A stretch of 64,000 bases of DNA from Macrostomum lignano (taxonomy: Eukaryota). Shown piece by piece: positions 63,604 to 64,000 of the stretch (positions are counted from its first letter, which is position 1; each line of letters opens with the position of its first letter). The translations under genes and the position numbers were made by a program. The notes beneath the pieces are model-generated. The model saw only the letters and a list, made by a program, of their open reading frames with translations. It searched no databases and was not told the origin of the DNA. Where the stretch lies: contig NIVC01003146.1 in the NCBI GenBank assembly GCA_002269645.1, positions 15,281 to 79,280 of the forward strand, in the 5' to 3' direction.

Positions 63604-64000
63604 ATGGAGCCGAAAGCCTCAATGCGCGCATTGGTAGCTGCAGCACTCGCTGCCAAGGACTTGACAGCCTCCTCGAGCTCTGCGCAGCTCGACACCAACC
63701 ATACCGTCAGCGTCAACCAGTTGGAGCAGTCCATTGCTCACCACGTGGCCTGCCTTCCCGACAGTCTAAGCTGCATGGAGGCTCTCATTGAGAAACTTGG
63801 AACCAAATGCCTCACCTGCACCAACGAGAAGATGAACACTCCAGTGCACCTGGCTGCCTTGTATCTGGATGAGTCATGGATGGAGCTCATTAACCGAAAC
63901 CTCGGATCCGACTGCTTCCATCAGCCTGGCTACCTACAACGCACTGCCATTCACTGTGCCGCTACGAATGAAGCTACTAACTCCTGTCTCAAGTGGCTGG
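63604..64000 (+). CDS. 5' end of a tandem paralog of the ankyrin(-kinase) gene (runs off the window)
   Basis: Open frame MEPKASMR..SIAHHVACLPDSLSCMEALIEKLGTKCLTCTNEKMNTPVHLAALYLDESWMELINRNLGSDCFHQPGYLQRTAIHCAATNE aligns gap-free to TVAHHVAQLPGGLCCLEALIEKFGPDCLTCVNEYQNTPVHLAAMHQDESWLELIHRTLGPDCFKQPGQLKRTAAHWAAMNE of the 57454 gene. It is absent from the ORF track because it has no stop in the window. Confidence 0.88.
   Translation, partial: MEPKASMRALVAAALAAKDLTASSSSAQLDTNHTVSVNQLEQSIAHHVACLPDSLSCMEALIEKLGTKCLTCTNEKMNTPVHLAALYLDESWMELINRNLGSDCFHQPGYLQRTAIHCAATNEATNSCLKWL

Overview
Eukaryotic (metazoan) genomic DNA with spliceosomal GT-AG introns, very GC3-rich exons and introns filled with minisatellites. 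This pattern suggests a flatworm such as Macrostomum (inference only). Protein-coding content: (1) 5' third of a ryanodine receptor gene (minus strand, ATG 13906, 10 exons, ~1423 codons, continuing off the left edge); (2) a complete Venus kinase receptor (Venus-flytrap + TM + insulin-receptor-like tyrosine kinase; minus, 33192-20878, ~1190 aa); (3) a complete laminin alpha-1/2-type chain (plus, 36352-55581, 12 exons, ~3265 aa); (4) an ankyrin-repeat + STE11/MAP3K-like kinase gene (plus, 57454-59469) with a tandem paralog starting at 63604. Mobile DNA: an RTE-like LINE remnant, a tRNA-derived SINE, TIR elements (including a TA-flanked Tc1/mariner derivative), a short dispersed repeat, and a 5'-truncated Penelope-like element carrying a minimal hammerhead ribozyme and fused to a (GATA)n array. 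About 30 distinct tandem arrays are present. Main anomalies: a ~3-kb CpG desert over the VKR promoter whose edge falls inside one transposon (one TIR CpG-decayed, the other intact); an inverted, exon-less echo of a RyR intron-exon-intron module ~14 kb away; satellites that appear seeded at splice sites; a palindromic insertion that duplicated a splice donor; and an Arg-rich tract in the laminin LG region. All coordinates were read by eye, so array boundaries are approximate.
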